Assembly (NCBI GenBank): GCA_030699125.1
Contig: JAUYKM010000005.1
Coordinates: forward strand, 1-59,445
Source of the DNA: Candidatus Daviesbacteria bacterium
Lineage (GTDB): Bacteria > Patescibacteriota > Microgenomatia > Daviesbacterales > UBA10151
DNA: 59,445 bases
Direction of reading: 5' to 3'
Every line of letters starts with the position of its first letter. Positions within the stretch are counted from its first letter, which is position 1. The notes beneath the pieces were generated by a model. It did not search any database. It saw nothing but the letters and a program-made list of their open reading frames with translations, and was not told the DNA's origin. Shown piece by piece: positions 33,804-43,800 of this stretch. The translations under genes were made by a program, and so were the position numbers.

Positions 33804-36068
33804 ATGGAAAACAAAGTGGTTTTACAAATCCAAACTCCCAGAACTTCTGAGGAAACTCCGGAAGCAATGTCTCAATTTTTGTCAAGTTTAACTAACCTCA
33901 AAAAAATCATTCTTGTGTATTTCAGAAGGGGAATTCCCATTTCATTAGAAATAGCTGCATTTGATCAAACCATTCGTTTTTTTATAGTTATTCCGAAAGA
34001 ATATCAAACATTTGTGGAAAGTCAGCTTCTGTCACAATATCCCAAAGCAATTATTACCCAAGTTAAGGATTACCTACCTTCGTGTTTAGCGCCAATTAGT
34101 AATATTAGAGTAGCTAGATTGAGGCTAAGAAATGATTATATCTATCCTCTAAAAACTTATACAGAATTTAAAGATGTTGATCCCCTGTCTTCACTTTTGG
34201 GAATTTTATCCAAACTGGGAAATGAGGAGAAAGTAGTCATCCAATTTTTGCTTTATCCGATCTCAAACTCCTGGCAAAATAGAGGAAAAGGAGCTTTTGA
34301 AACAAAATATGATGACCTAGGCAAACCTATCCATTCTCAATACGGCAGTTATGGTAAAAAGAGCATCATGGATAAAATCAGTCAGGATGGTTTTAAAGTC
34401 GGAGTAAGGTTGCTAGTCAATAGCTCCAGTAAGGGCCTTTTAAGTCTCATTGCCGCATCATTTGGCAGTTTCAATAATCCGGAAGGCAACAGCCTAATAC
34501 TTTCCCGAACCTATTTCTATCAAAAGGATAGACTTCTTAAGGCTATTTTGAAGCGTACAAAATCTGTTATTCCATCCCGACAAGTCCTAAATTTATCTGA
34601 AGTTGCCACCATGTTTCATCTACCGAACAATAAATTGTCAACCATTTCCAATATTTCCTGGATAAAATCTATCCTTTCACAACCACCTGATAACTTACCG
34701 ATTGCTCAAAATTTAACTGATCAGGAAAAAACAGAGATTAATTTTTTTGCCAGAACCGAATTTAAGAACAAACCGCAAATTTTTGGCATCAAAAAAATTG
34801 ACCGAAGAAGGCATATTTATATTATTGGAAAAACCGGTACTGGTAAGTCTACTTTGATTGCCAATATGGCTATCTCCGATATCAGAAATGGCCAAGGCTG
34901 TGCCATTATTGATCCGCACGGAGATTTGGCCCAACTTCTGCTTAAATACATTCCCTCATATAGGGTTAATGATGTTATTTATCTTGATCCATCTGATACC
35001 AGTCATCCTTTTCACCTTAACCCCCTGGAAATAACTGACCCGGCTCAAAAGGAACTGGTAGCATCCGGCATTGTAGCCATATTTCATAAACTTTATGCTC
35101 ACACCTGGGGTCCCAGACTGGAATATATCTTAAGAAATACCATCCTGACTCTTTTGGAAACTCCTGATCCTACCTTAGTCCAGGTCCCTTCTCTTTTAAC
35201 TGATCCCACATACAGAAGGCAGTTGGTTTCCAAATTAAATGACAGGATTTTGGCCAACTTCTGGCTTAATGAATTTGAGCAGATGCCTCCCAAGTTGAAA
35301 AGTGAGTCTATTTCACCAATCTTAAACAAAGTGGGACAGTTTATCTCATCCCCCATGATCAGAAATATTGTGGGTCATTACAAATCATCTTTTAGCTTTG
35401 AAGACGTCATGAATCAGGGTAAAATTATTATCTTAAATTTATCACAAGGCAAGATGGGTGAGGATCATGCGGCACTCTTGGGTGCCATGGCCATTACCAA
35501 GATGCAGTTGGCTGCTATGAACAGGGTTAATTTGCCGGAAGAGGAGAGACGTGATTTTTATCTTTATGTGGATGAGTTTCAAAATTTTGCTACCACCTCT
35601 TTTATTAAAATTCTTTCTGAATCCAGAAAATACCGACTCAATTTAATATTAGCCAATCAATACACTGCCCAGACTCCTGAGGATGTCCGCTCAGCTATTT
35701 TTGGCAATATCGGTACTTTGATTTCTTTTTTAGTGGGAGCTGAGGACAGTCGTTACTTAGCAAGAGAATTTGCAGAAAGATTTAAGGAAGAAGACTTACT
35801 GGCTTTGGGAAATTACCAGATGCTCCTTAAATTAACTATTGATGCTGTTACATCTTCGCCCTTCTTTGCCCAAAGTCTACCTTTACCTAACAGTATAACT
35901 CAAAATAAGGACAAGGTGATCAGAATTTCCACAGAAAGATATGGAAAAAAAGCGGATGTTAGGGAGATAAATAAACCCAAAATTTTTAGGGAAGAGGTAG
36001 AACCTTTTTCTCACGCTGCCCCTCTTAATTCTATTCCTACCTCAGGAAGTATTCTTTTCTCTAAATAG
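33804..36068 (+). CDS. Type IV coupling protein-like / HerA-DUF87 ATPase
   Basis: GKTGTGKST, IIDPHGDL, LNPLE, WGPRLEYIL, LYVDEFQNF, SESRKYRL..ANQY. Confidence 0.88.
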   Translation: MENKVVLQIQTPRTSEETPEAMSQFLSSLTNLKKIILVYFRRGIPISLEIAAFDQTIRFFIVIPKEYQTFVESQLLSQYPKAIITQVKDYLPSCLAPISNIRVARLRLRNDYIYPLKTYTEFKDVDPLSSLLGILSKLGNEEKVVIQFLLYPISNSWQNRGKGAFETKYDDLGKPIHSQYGSYGKKSIMDKISQDGFKVGVRLLVNSSSKGLLSLIAASFGSFNNPEGNSLILSRTYFYQKDRLLKAILKRTKSVIPSRQVLNLSEVATMFHLPNNKLSTISNISWIKSILSQPPDNLPIAQNLTDQEKTEINFFARTEFKNKPQIFGIKKIDRRRHIYIIGKTGTGKSTLIANMAISDIRNGQGCAIIDPHGDLAQLLLKYIPSYRVNDVIYLDPSDTSHPFHLNPLEITDPAQKELVASGIVAIFHKLYAHTWGPRLEYILRNTILTLLETPDPTLVQVPSLLTDPTYRRQLVSKLNDRILANFWLNEFEQMPPKLKSESISPILNKVGQFISSPMIRNIVGHYKSSFSFEDVMNQGKIIILNLSQGKMGEDHAALLGAMAITKMQLAAMNRVNLPEEERRDFYLYVDEFQNFATTSFIKILSESRKYRLNLILANQYTAQTPEDVRSAIFGNIGTLISFLVGAEDSRYLAREFAERFKEEDLLALGNYQMLLKLTIDAVTSSPFFAQSLPLPNSITQNKDKVIRISTERYGKKADVREINKPKIFREEVEPFSHAAPLNSIPTSGSILFSK

Positions 36069-36076
36069 ATATATTG

Positions 36077-36122
36077 ACCCATTCGGTATACTCAGGGTCA
36101 ACCCTGAATAAAATTGAAGGGT
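36077..36122. repeat. Head-to-head pair of REP-like units
   Basis: acccattcggtatactcagggt and accctgaataaaattgaagggt in inverted orientation. Confidence 0.6.
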
Positions 36123-36158
36123 TGACTTTCGTATTTTATTCGGATAATGTAATAGTTC

Positions 36159-36401
36159 ATGTTAGAACTTTCCGAACCTGTTAATGTCTGGGTGTTTTTT
36201 AAAGGTACCAAAGTGGAACCCTGGTGTTTTTTCTGGCGTTCCAGACAAATCAAAGTAGACAAAATTAATCTGGTCCATACCTCAAAAGAAGGCAATACTG
36301 TTTTTTATCATTTTTCTATATCTAGTGGGGGTAATTTTTACAGATTAAAGTTTGATGCAACTAAGATGAATTGGATACTTGAGGGAGTGGAGGAAGGGTG
36401 A
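36159..36401 (+). CDS. Small conserved-looking protein coupled to dinB
   Basis: 80 aa, FFWRSRQIKV...W; stop overlaps the dinB GTG. Confidence 0.65.
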   Translation: MLELSEPVNVWVFFKGTKVEPWCFFWRSRQIKVDKINLVHTSKEGNTVFYHFSISSGGNFYRLKFDATKMNWILEGVEEG

Positions 36402-37720
36402 GAACTATACTGCATATTGACTTTAATTCATACTTTGCCACAGTTGAGCAGCAGGCTAATCCGCGTTTGCGTGGGAAACCGATTGGGGTAACCGGCGGAG
36501 ACCGCATGGCAAGAACAGTTCTAGGTGCTGCTTCTGTGGAGGCCAAAAGATTTGGGGTTAAAACCGGTATGCAGATTTGGGAGGCTAAAAAGCTTTGCCC
36601 TGAGCTTATTTTGGTGAAAGGGGATTCGGATAAGTATTTGGAGTGTACCAAGAGATTTTTGGCCATTTTAAAAGACTACAGCCCTGCTTTGGAGGTATTT
36701 AGTATTGATGAATGCTTTTTAGAGCTCTCTCCTCCTGTCATTGCGAGCAAAGCGAAGCAATCTAGTCAAGATAGAAACCCAACCCAGATTGCTTCGTCGC
36801 TACCGCTCCTCGCAATGACAATAAAACAGCGTATCAGAGCTGAGATAGGTGAGTGGATTACTTGTTCTATTGGCATTTCCTATAACAAACTGATGGCTAA
36901 GCTGGCTGGATCTTTATATAAGCCAGATGGATTGGTGGTAATCGAGGATGAGAAAGCTGCCCAATTTATTTTAGATAGGGTAGAGTTGGATGATATATGC
37001 GGGATAGGGGGGAGAATCAAAAAGAGGCTGAATAATATGGGGGTTTTTAACTTTACCCAGTTAAGAAAAGTGCCTCTAAGGGCACTTTTGGCCTCCTTTA
37101 AATCTTATGGGCAAATTCTTTATAACATGGCCAGAGGGATAGATTATTCGAAAATTATGCCATTTTATGAGAAAGAGGAAGTTAAAAGTATCGGCCACAG
37201 GCATACTATAGATCATGATACAGACAACCCCCAGGAGATTAAGCAAATCTTACTTAAACTGACAGAATTGGTAGCGAGAAGGCTTCGGGCTAAAAAGTTG
37301 GTAGGGAAAACTGTCCATTGTTGGTACAGAGAAGCTGTGAAAGAACTGGGAGCTAAGAACTATGAACTAGGAAATTATTCTCCTAGTTCCACTTTCCAAG
37401 GTGATGGGATGCAAACTACAATTAATCCCACCCAAAATGGATTGGAAATTTTTAAAGCTGCCTGGGGAATCTTTCATCAGATATGGGATGGAAATAGAAT
37501 CCGTATGATTGGGGTATCAATTTCCAACCTCAAGCTACAAAATCCAAAAAATTTGACTTTTTTAGAAAAGGATCTCCGTCAGGAAAAGATCCTGCAAACT
37601 CTGGATAAAATTAATGACAGATATGGAGAGTTTACATTACAAAGAGGACTTCTTCTTGGATCTGTCACCATGCGCCGTAAACCCAACCCCTTTTTAGCAG
37701 ACAGAAGATTCAAGCTATAA
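36398..37720 (+). CDS. dinB: DNA polymerase IV (Y family) with two in-frame repeat insertions
   Basis: HIDFNSYFATVEQ, SVEAKRFGVKTGM, SIDECFL, SYNKLMAKLA, GIG, IGVSISNL. Confidence 0.95.
   Translation: MRTILHIDFNSYFATVEQQANPRLRGKPIGVTGGDRMARTVLGAASVEAKRFGVKTGMQIWEAKKLCPELILVKGDSDKYLECTKRFLAILKDYSPALEVFSIDECFLELSPPVIASKAKQSSQDRNPTQIASSLPLLAMTIKQRIRAEIGEWITCSIGISYNKLMAKLAGSLYKPDGLVVIEDEKAAQFILDRVELDDICGIGGRIKKRLNNMGVFNFTQLRKVPLRALLASFKSYGQILYNMARGIDYSKIMPFYEKEEVKSIGHRHTIDHDTDNPQEIKQILLKLTELVARRLRAKKLVGKTVHCWYREAVKELGAKNYELGNYSPSSTFQGDGMQTTINPTQNGLEIFKAAWGIFHQIWDGNRIRMIGVSISNLKLQNPKNLTFLEKDLRQEKILQTLDKINDRYGEFTLQRGLLLGSVTMRRKPNPFLADRRFKL
36736..36820. repeat. RPE-like palindromic element in frame in dinB
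   Basis: Outer 12-bp arms tgtcattgcgag/ctcgcaatgaca; inner 11-bp arms cgaagcaatct/agattgcttcg. Confidence 0.85.
37343..37389. repeat. Heptamer tandem plus hairpin in frame in dinB
   Basis: gaactgg-gagctaa-gaactat-gaactag; gaactagga/tcctagttc 9-bp stem. Confidence 0.6.
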
Positions 37721-37726
37721 TACATC

Positions 37727-37755
37727 TTGTAACCGGCAAAATTTTACTATAGAAT
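37727..37755 (+). promoter_or_regulatory. Promoter duplicated upstream of both large paralogues
   Basis: TTGTAA-17-TAGAAT here and TTGTAT-17-TATCAT at 40776-40804; shared acatcttgta..aaaattttactata. Confidence 0.55.
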
Positions 37756-37765
37756 TATAGAATTA

Positions 37766-40700
37766 ATGCAGATTCTACCAATGAGCAATCTGGGTAAACA
37801 CGTAAGCTTTTTTCTGTCCTTTTTTATTTATTTAACTGCTTTTTTATTTTTGGGATCTATCTATCAAGCAGAGGCACTTCCTCCTGCCGATTTTGATAAA
37901 ATAAAAGTGGTTGATGGTTTGGAAAGACCGACAGCCTTTAGATTTGTATCTAATGGGGATATTTATATTGGGGAGCAATCAGGAAAAATAAAAATTCTCA
38001 GAAACGGCAGTCTTCTTCCTACTCCTTTGATTAGCTTAAGTACCTTATCTGATTATGAAAGAGGTCTTTGGGGACTGGAGATTGATCCTAACTTTTCTAC
38101 CAATGGTTATATCTATGTCTCCTATACTTCATCCACAGATAACTTGGATAGATTATCCAGATTTAAAGTAACAAATGATGTGGCAGATCCTTTGTCGGAA
38201 TTGATATTTCATCCTTCCCGTGATCCTATCTCCAATACCTTCCATCATGGCAATGATGTTAGGGTAGGACCTGATGAAAAAACCTGGTGGGTGGTAGGGG
38301 ATAATATGAATATTAACAATCCACAGTCAACTAACTCCCTGCATGGCAAGGTTAATAGATTTGATCCTGATGGCTCTCACTCAAATGATAACCCCTGGTA
38401 TGGACTGCCTAATACTGAACATGCTGTTTGGGCAATTGGGCTGCATAACCCTTTCAGGTTTATATATCTACCAAATGGAAAACCTTTGGTAACTGATTCA
38501 GGTTCCCAATGGGAGGAATTTAATATTATTGAAAAGGCCGGCAATTACGGCTGGCCTCTTTATGAGGGTGATTGTGGCAGTTGCGGCTTTATTAATCCTG
38601 TTTTTGCATACCAGCACTCTGCTGATCCGGAAAAAGATGGACAAGCTTCAGGTTTAGCTTTATATAGCGGATCAACCTTTCCAGTTGATTACCATGATGC
38701 AATATTTTACGGGGATTTAGAACAAAACTTTATTCGCTACCTAAAATTTGATTCCTCTTTTCAGACGGTATTATCCAGTGGTGATTTTGACATGGATGCA
38801 AACTCCCCGGTAGATCTACATACCGGAGTTGACGGCAACCTTTATTATCTATCCTTGGGGGAAGGTGCTCTTTATAAAATTATCCCCTCAGGGGGAAATA
38901 GAACTCCACTGGCCAAGGCCTCTGCTGATACTACGGCTGGTTTGTCACCTTTGACTGTCACTTTTTCCTCAGCTGGTTCAAATGACCCTGATGCGGATAC
39001 TACTTCCTATCTTTGGGATTTTGGAGATGGCGCCAGCTCAACTGATCCCAACCCGACGCATATATTTACTAGTAACGGCGTGTATGTTGTCACGCTGGAA
39101 GTGAGCGATGAATCAAAAAGCAACCAGGCATCTATTGAGATTACAGTAGGTAATAGAGCTCCAACTGCTACTATTACAGGACCTTTGGAAGGTATCAAAT
39201 ATAATGTAGGCTCAATCATTAGTTTTTCTGCTTCAGCGAATGATCCTGAGGATCCATCCTTACCCTCGTCCGCATACTCCTGGAAAGTAATACAACATCA
39301 CGGGACTCACCGCCACCCTTACTCAGGTCCTTTTGAGGGTATCAAATCAGGCAGCTTTACTATCTTAAATGATTACAGTAATGAAGCTAATAGCTGGTAC
39401 ACCATAGTTCTGACTGTGACTGACTCAGGAGGACTTAAAGATACTGTCTTCAGAAATATTTTTCCTAACCTGATAAATGCCGCTTTTCAATCATCTACAG
39501 AGGGTGCCAAATTTACAGTTGATGGTAGGGTTCATTCCGTGAACTTTTCCGATTCTTTTGTAGTTGGCATAAATAAAGGGGTAAGCGCATCTTCTCCCCA
39601 AAGCATAAATTCTCTGGATTACCGTTTTAGTACCTGGTCTGATGGAGGGAGTCTGACGCACAATATCACCATTCCTTCAATTAGCAATTTATACCAGATT
39701 AACTTTACTCAGATTTTACCGCTACCTAATCCCTGGCAAACAATAGACATCGGGGCTGTCAAGTTAATAGGTTCTGCTGATGCCACTACAGCTATCGGTG
39801 GATTTATTTTGACAGGAGCAGGTTCAGATATTTGGGGCACCAAAGATGAATTCCGCTATTTGTACCAGACGCTTTCCGGCGATGGTGAAATTAGCGCGCA
39901 GGTTGTTTCTCAAACCAATACTAACTCTTCTGCTAAAACCGGGGTAATGATTAAGCAGTCCCCGCAAGCTTTATCGCCTTATGTCATGATGGGAGTCACA
40001 CCTTCAGGCTATAAATTCCAATGGAATTTCTCCGGTTCCAAATCCGGAGGATCATTTACTTTTCCCAATGCCTGGGTTAAGTTAAAAAGAGTAGGGAATT
40101 CGTTCACCGCCTATAAATCCAGTAACGGTACTTCCTGGACTCAAGTTGGAAAACCGGTCAGTTTAACACTAAATTCCGATGTCACTATTGGCCTTTTTGA
40201 CACATCGCATAGTAGCAATGCTCTTTCAACTGTGGTATTTCAAAATGTAAATGTAATTGGCTCAGTTTCACCTTCTCCCACCCCAACTCCCAGCCCTCTA
40301 CCCACTCCTACTCCTTCCTCTTCACCAACATTAGTACTTAGCAACCTGCAGGTATTTGACAGTGCCAAAGCTTCTAAGTGGTCCTTGCAGCTCAATATTC
40401 AAAATGGCTTGTTGCAATATGGGGATAGAACCTATACTTTAAGCAATATTCCATTAAATCTTCTGGGGGCTCCCTGGATACGTACTGCTAATGCCTCTAA
40501 ATCCTTCACCGGAAATCCCACAGTAACATTTACTATAAATCAAGATGCTAGCGTATATGTTGCTCAGGATACCAGATTAGTAAAACCTGTCTGGATGGAT
40601 GCTTCATGGATAAATACAGGCTTAACACTTACAAATAGCGATAATAAAACATTCCTGCTCTATGCAAAAGCATACCCGGCAGGATCTGTTAGTTTGGGAC

Positions 40701-40771
40701 CGGTAACTGCTACCTCTACTACTGCCAATATGTATACGGTGATTGTTTTGACACATTCTGACCTATTTTGA
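37766..40771 (+). CDS. Secreted PQQ-dependent sugar dehydrogenase-like beta-propeller + PKD + lectin-like module + PT linker + C-terminal beta domain
   Basis: ERGLWGLEIDPNF..NGYIYVSYT, GLHNPFR, EEFN...NYGWP, YLWDFGDG. Confidence 0.85.
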   Translation: MQILPMSNLGKHVSFFLSFFIYLTAFLFLGSIYQAEALPPADFDKIKVVDGLERPTAFRFVSNGDIYIGEQSGKIKILRNGSLLPTPLISLSTLSDYERGLWGLEIDPNFSTNGYIYVSYTSSTDNLDRLSRFKVTNDVADPLSELIFHPSRDPISNTFHHGNDVRVGPDEKTWWVVGDNMNINNPQSTNSLHGKVNRFDPDGSHSNDNPWYGLPNTEHAVWAIGLHNPFRFIYLPNGKPLVTDSGSQWEEFNIIEKAGNYGWPLYEGDCGSCGFINPVFAYQHSADPEKDGQASGLALYSGSTFPVDYHDAIFYGDLEQNFIRYLKFDSSFQTVLSSGDFDMDANSPVDLHTGVDGNLYYLSLGEGALYKIIPSGGNRTPLAKASADTTAGLSPLTVTFSSAGSNDPDADTTSYLWDFGDGASSTDPNPTHIFTSNGVYVVTLEVSDESKSNQASIEITVGNRAPTATITGPLEGIKYNVGSIISFSASANDPEDPSLPSSAYSWKVIQHHGTHRHPYSGPFEGIKSGSFTILNDYSNEANSWYTIVLTVTDSGGLKDTVFRNIFPNLINAAFQSSTEGAKFTVDGRVHSVNFSDSFVVGINKGVSASSPQSINSLDYRFSTWSDGGSLTHNITIPSISNLYQINFTQILPLPNPWQTIDIGAVKLIGSADATTAIGGFILTGAGSDIWGTKDEFRYLYQTLSGDGEISAQVVSQTNTNSSAKTGVMIKQSPQALSPYVMMGVTPSGYKFQWNFSGSKSGGSFTFPNAWVKLKRVGNSFTAYKSSNGTSWTQVGKPVSLTLNSDVTIGLFDTSHSSNALSTVVFQNVNVIGSVSPSPTPTPSPLPTPTPSSSPTLVLSNLQVFDSAKASKWSLQLNIQNGLLQYGDRTYTLSNIPLNLLGAPWIRTANASKSFTGNPTVTFTINQDASVYVAQDTRLVKPVWMDASWINTGLTLTNSDNKTFLLYAKAYPAGSVSLGPVTATSTTANMYTVIVLTHSDLF

Positions 40772-40850
40772 CATCTTGTATCCCTAAAAATTTTACTATA
40801 TCATTGCGCGGCCTTAACTTAAAAAGCCTTTTTGAGCATACAGTTTATCT

Positions 40851-43800
40851 ATGAACAGACTTATAACATTTTTAATTAATTACATGGGGGTAAATTTTTT
40901 ACTACTTTTTATTATTCTTATGGTTTTTCTAGTGACAGGTGTTGTCTCTCCCGCCTTTGCTCTTCCTCCGGCAGACTTTGATAAAATTAAGGTAATTGGT
41001 AACCTGCAAGACCCGACAGCTTTCAGATTTGCTCCCAATGGCGATATCTATATAGCGCTTCAGTCAGGACAAATTGTAATATTGAGGGGTGGTGTGCTTT
41101 TGCCTACTCCGGTAATTTCTCTAAACGCTGACTCATTTAACGAAAAAGGCCTTTTGGGAATGGAACTTGACCCAAATTTTGCCGCTAATGGTTATATATA
41201 TGTATCTTATACCTCTCTAGCAGATGGTTTTGCCAGAATATCCAGAATTACTGTGGTTAATGACATTGCTGATTCATCTTCTGAGGTGATGTTTGGTCAA
41301 TCAAACCAGACTGCTGATATTTTCCATAATGCCAATGATGTCAGAGTGGGCCCTGATGGAAAAATCTGGTGGCTGATTGGTGATAATTTGCAGCCTGCCA
41401 ACTCGCAATCCCTGTCTAATGTTCATGGTAAAGTTCACAGATTCGATATGGATCTGTCATCAGCCAATGATAATCCCTGGCACGGAAAATCAGGACAAGG
41501 CATCACCGACTCGATATACGCCTTGGGACTAAGGAACCCTTTTAGAATGACATTTTTGCCCAATGGTAAAGCTATAACGGGAGATGTTGGTTCCAATATT
41601 TCAGAGGAATTTAATGTGGTTGAGCCTGGTGCAAATTTTGGCTGGCCCAATGTGGAGGGCGATTGCGGAGCTTGCGGATATGCTAACCCGATCTACTCCT
41701 ATGTTCATGGCGGATTTGGTGCAGCTGTTACTGGTATGGCCATTTACAACGGAACTGCTTTCCCTTCTCAATTTCAAAATGTCCTTTTTTATGGTGATTA
41801 TGCAAAGGGAGTTATCAGATACCTGGTATTTGATGAGAGTTACGGTAGTGTTTTATCTGATAACAGCTTCGATGATGATGCGGGAACTGTGGTAGATATA
41901 CACCAGGGGCCAGATGGCAACCTTTACTATTTGGGGATTTTTGAGAAAACTCTTTGGAAAATAATTCCTGCCGGAGGGAACAGAACTCCAATTGCTCAAG
42001 CATCGGCAGATCCTATTGCCGGCCTGGCACCCTTGATTGTAAATTTTTCTTCCTCAGGTTCATTAGATCCTGATGGTACCCCACTCGCTTACAACTGGGA
42101 TTTCGGTGATACTACCACCTCAACAGATGCCAACCCCATTCATACCTATAATACTAATGGCACTTATAATGTGGTCCTGACTGTGAGCGACGGCGAAAAA
42201 ACAGCTCAGGCTGCAGTAACTGTTACCGTTGGAAACGAGCTTCCCAATGCGGAAATTAATACGCCAATAGATGCATTTAAGTATAATGCAGGTTGGCAAA
42301 TTGACTTTAGCGGCTTAGGTACTGACCCTGAGGATGGTAATTTGCCTGATAGCGCATTTTCCTGGACCATTGTTTTTCATCATGCCCAGCATATACATCC
42401 TTTTGAAGGTCCCTTCAATGGAATAAAGAATGGCAGCTTTGTAATTCCTTTTAACATTGCCCAGGAGCATGATACCTGGTACAGAATAGAGTTGACCGTC
42501 ACTGATTCTGCAGGGCTTAAACGCAAGGTGACCAGGGATATTTTTCCCAACCTGGCCCAGCTAACAATCCAATCTAATGTAGCAGGTACTCAATTTCTGG
42601 TAGATGGAAAGCTTTATACTGAGGCCTTCACGTCGCAGGAAGTAGTAGGAGTAAATCATGGTGTAGCAGCGCTAACTCCGCAATTTATTGGAACTGACAA
42701 ATACAGATTTGAGAGCTGGTCAGATGGAGGGGCAGCCATACATACAATAGTAGTTCCTGAAACTGATTCAATATTTACAGTAAATTATAGGCTGGTGACA
42801 CCTCCTCCTCCGCCATGGCAAGCCATAGATGTGGGGAATCCAGCCTTATTTGGCAACACTGATTTTTCACTAGCTGATAATAGTTTTTATATAGAGGGAG
42901 CTGGCTGGGATATCTGGGATATGACTGATCAGTTTCATTATATGTATCAAAATCTTGATGGCAATGGCGAAATAATTGCCAGAATCACCTCCCTTTCCAA
43001 CATTGATCCTTTTACCAAAGTGGGATTAATGATTAAAGAGTCTATTGCTCCTTTATCTTCATACGCCATGGTGGCATTAACCCCTATCAATGGCACGCTC
43101 TTTCAATATAATTTCAACGGCAGCCAGGGAGGGCTGGAGATGCCCTATACTTTACCTGCCTGGGCCAAACTTGTTAGGGAAGGTAATAAATTTACTTCAT
43201 ATATTTCTCCTGATGGGATTAATTGGACCCTGGTCGGTACAAAAACCTTTGAAATGAATGCTCAAACAACAGTAGGAATTTTTGTCAACTCCCACAATGG
43301 CGGTAAGCTGGCAACTGCTAATTTTGATAATGTGAGTGTAAATGATGTGCTGGATCCTCCTAATACGCCTCCCACTGCCTTAAACCAAATAATCTTCACT
43401 CCTCAGGATAGGTCAGTTGACCTCACGCTTGCAGCTATAGATCCTGATGCCGGAAGATTGGCGCATTTTTTAACAGTCAACCCAACACATGGCATTGTGG
43501 CAGGAACGGCCCCGCAATTTAGCTATACACCTGAAGTAGGCTTTGTGGGTACAGATAGTTTCTCCTTCAAATCCAATGATGGCTTCTCAGACAGTAATGA
43601 AGCCACCATTTCAGCCCAGGTAACCACAGCTGTTGAGCCTATGCCCGCTCCCTGGACAAATTTGGATATTGGTTCTCCGCTGATGGCGGGTTCAGCAGAG
43701 TTTGCCGGCGGCATGTTCTTTATTAAAGGTGGTGGGGATGATATCTGGCAGGGAGTAACGCCGGATGTTAAAGTCGACCAATTCCATTTTGTTCAGCAGC

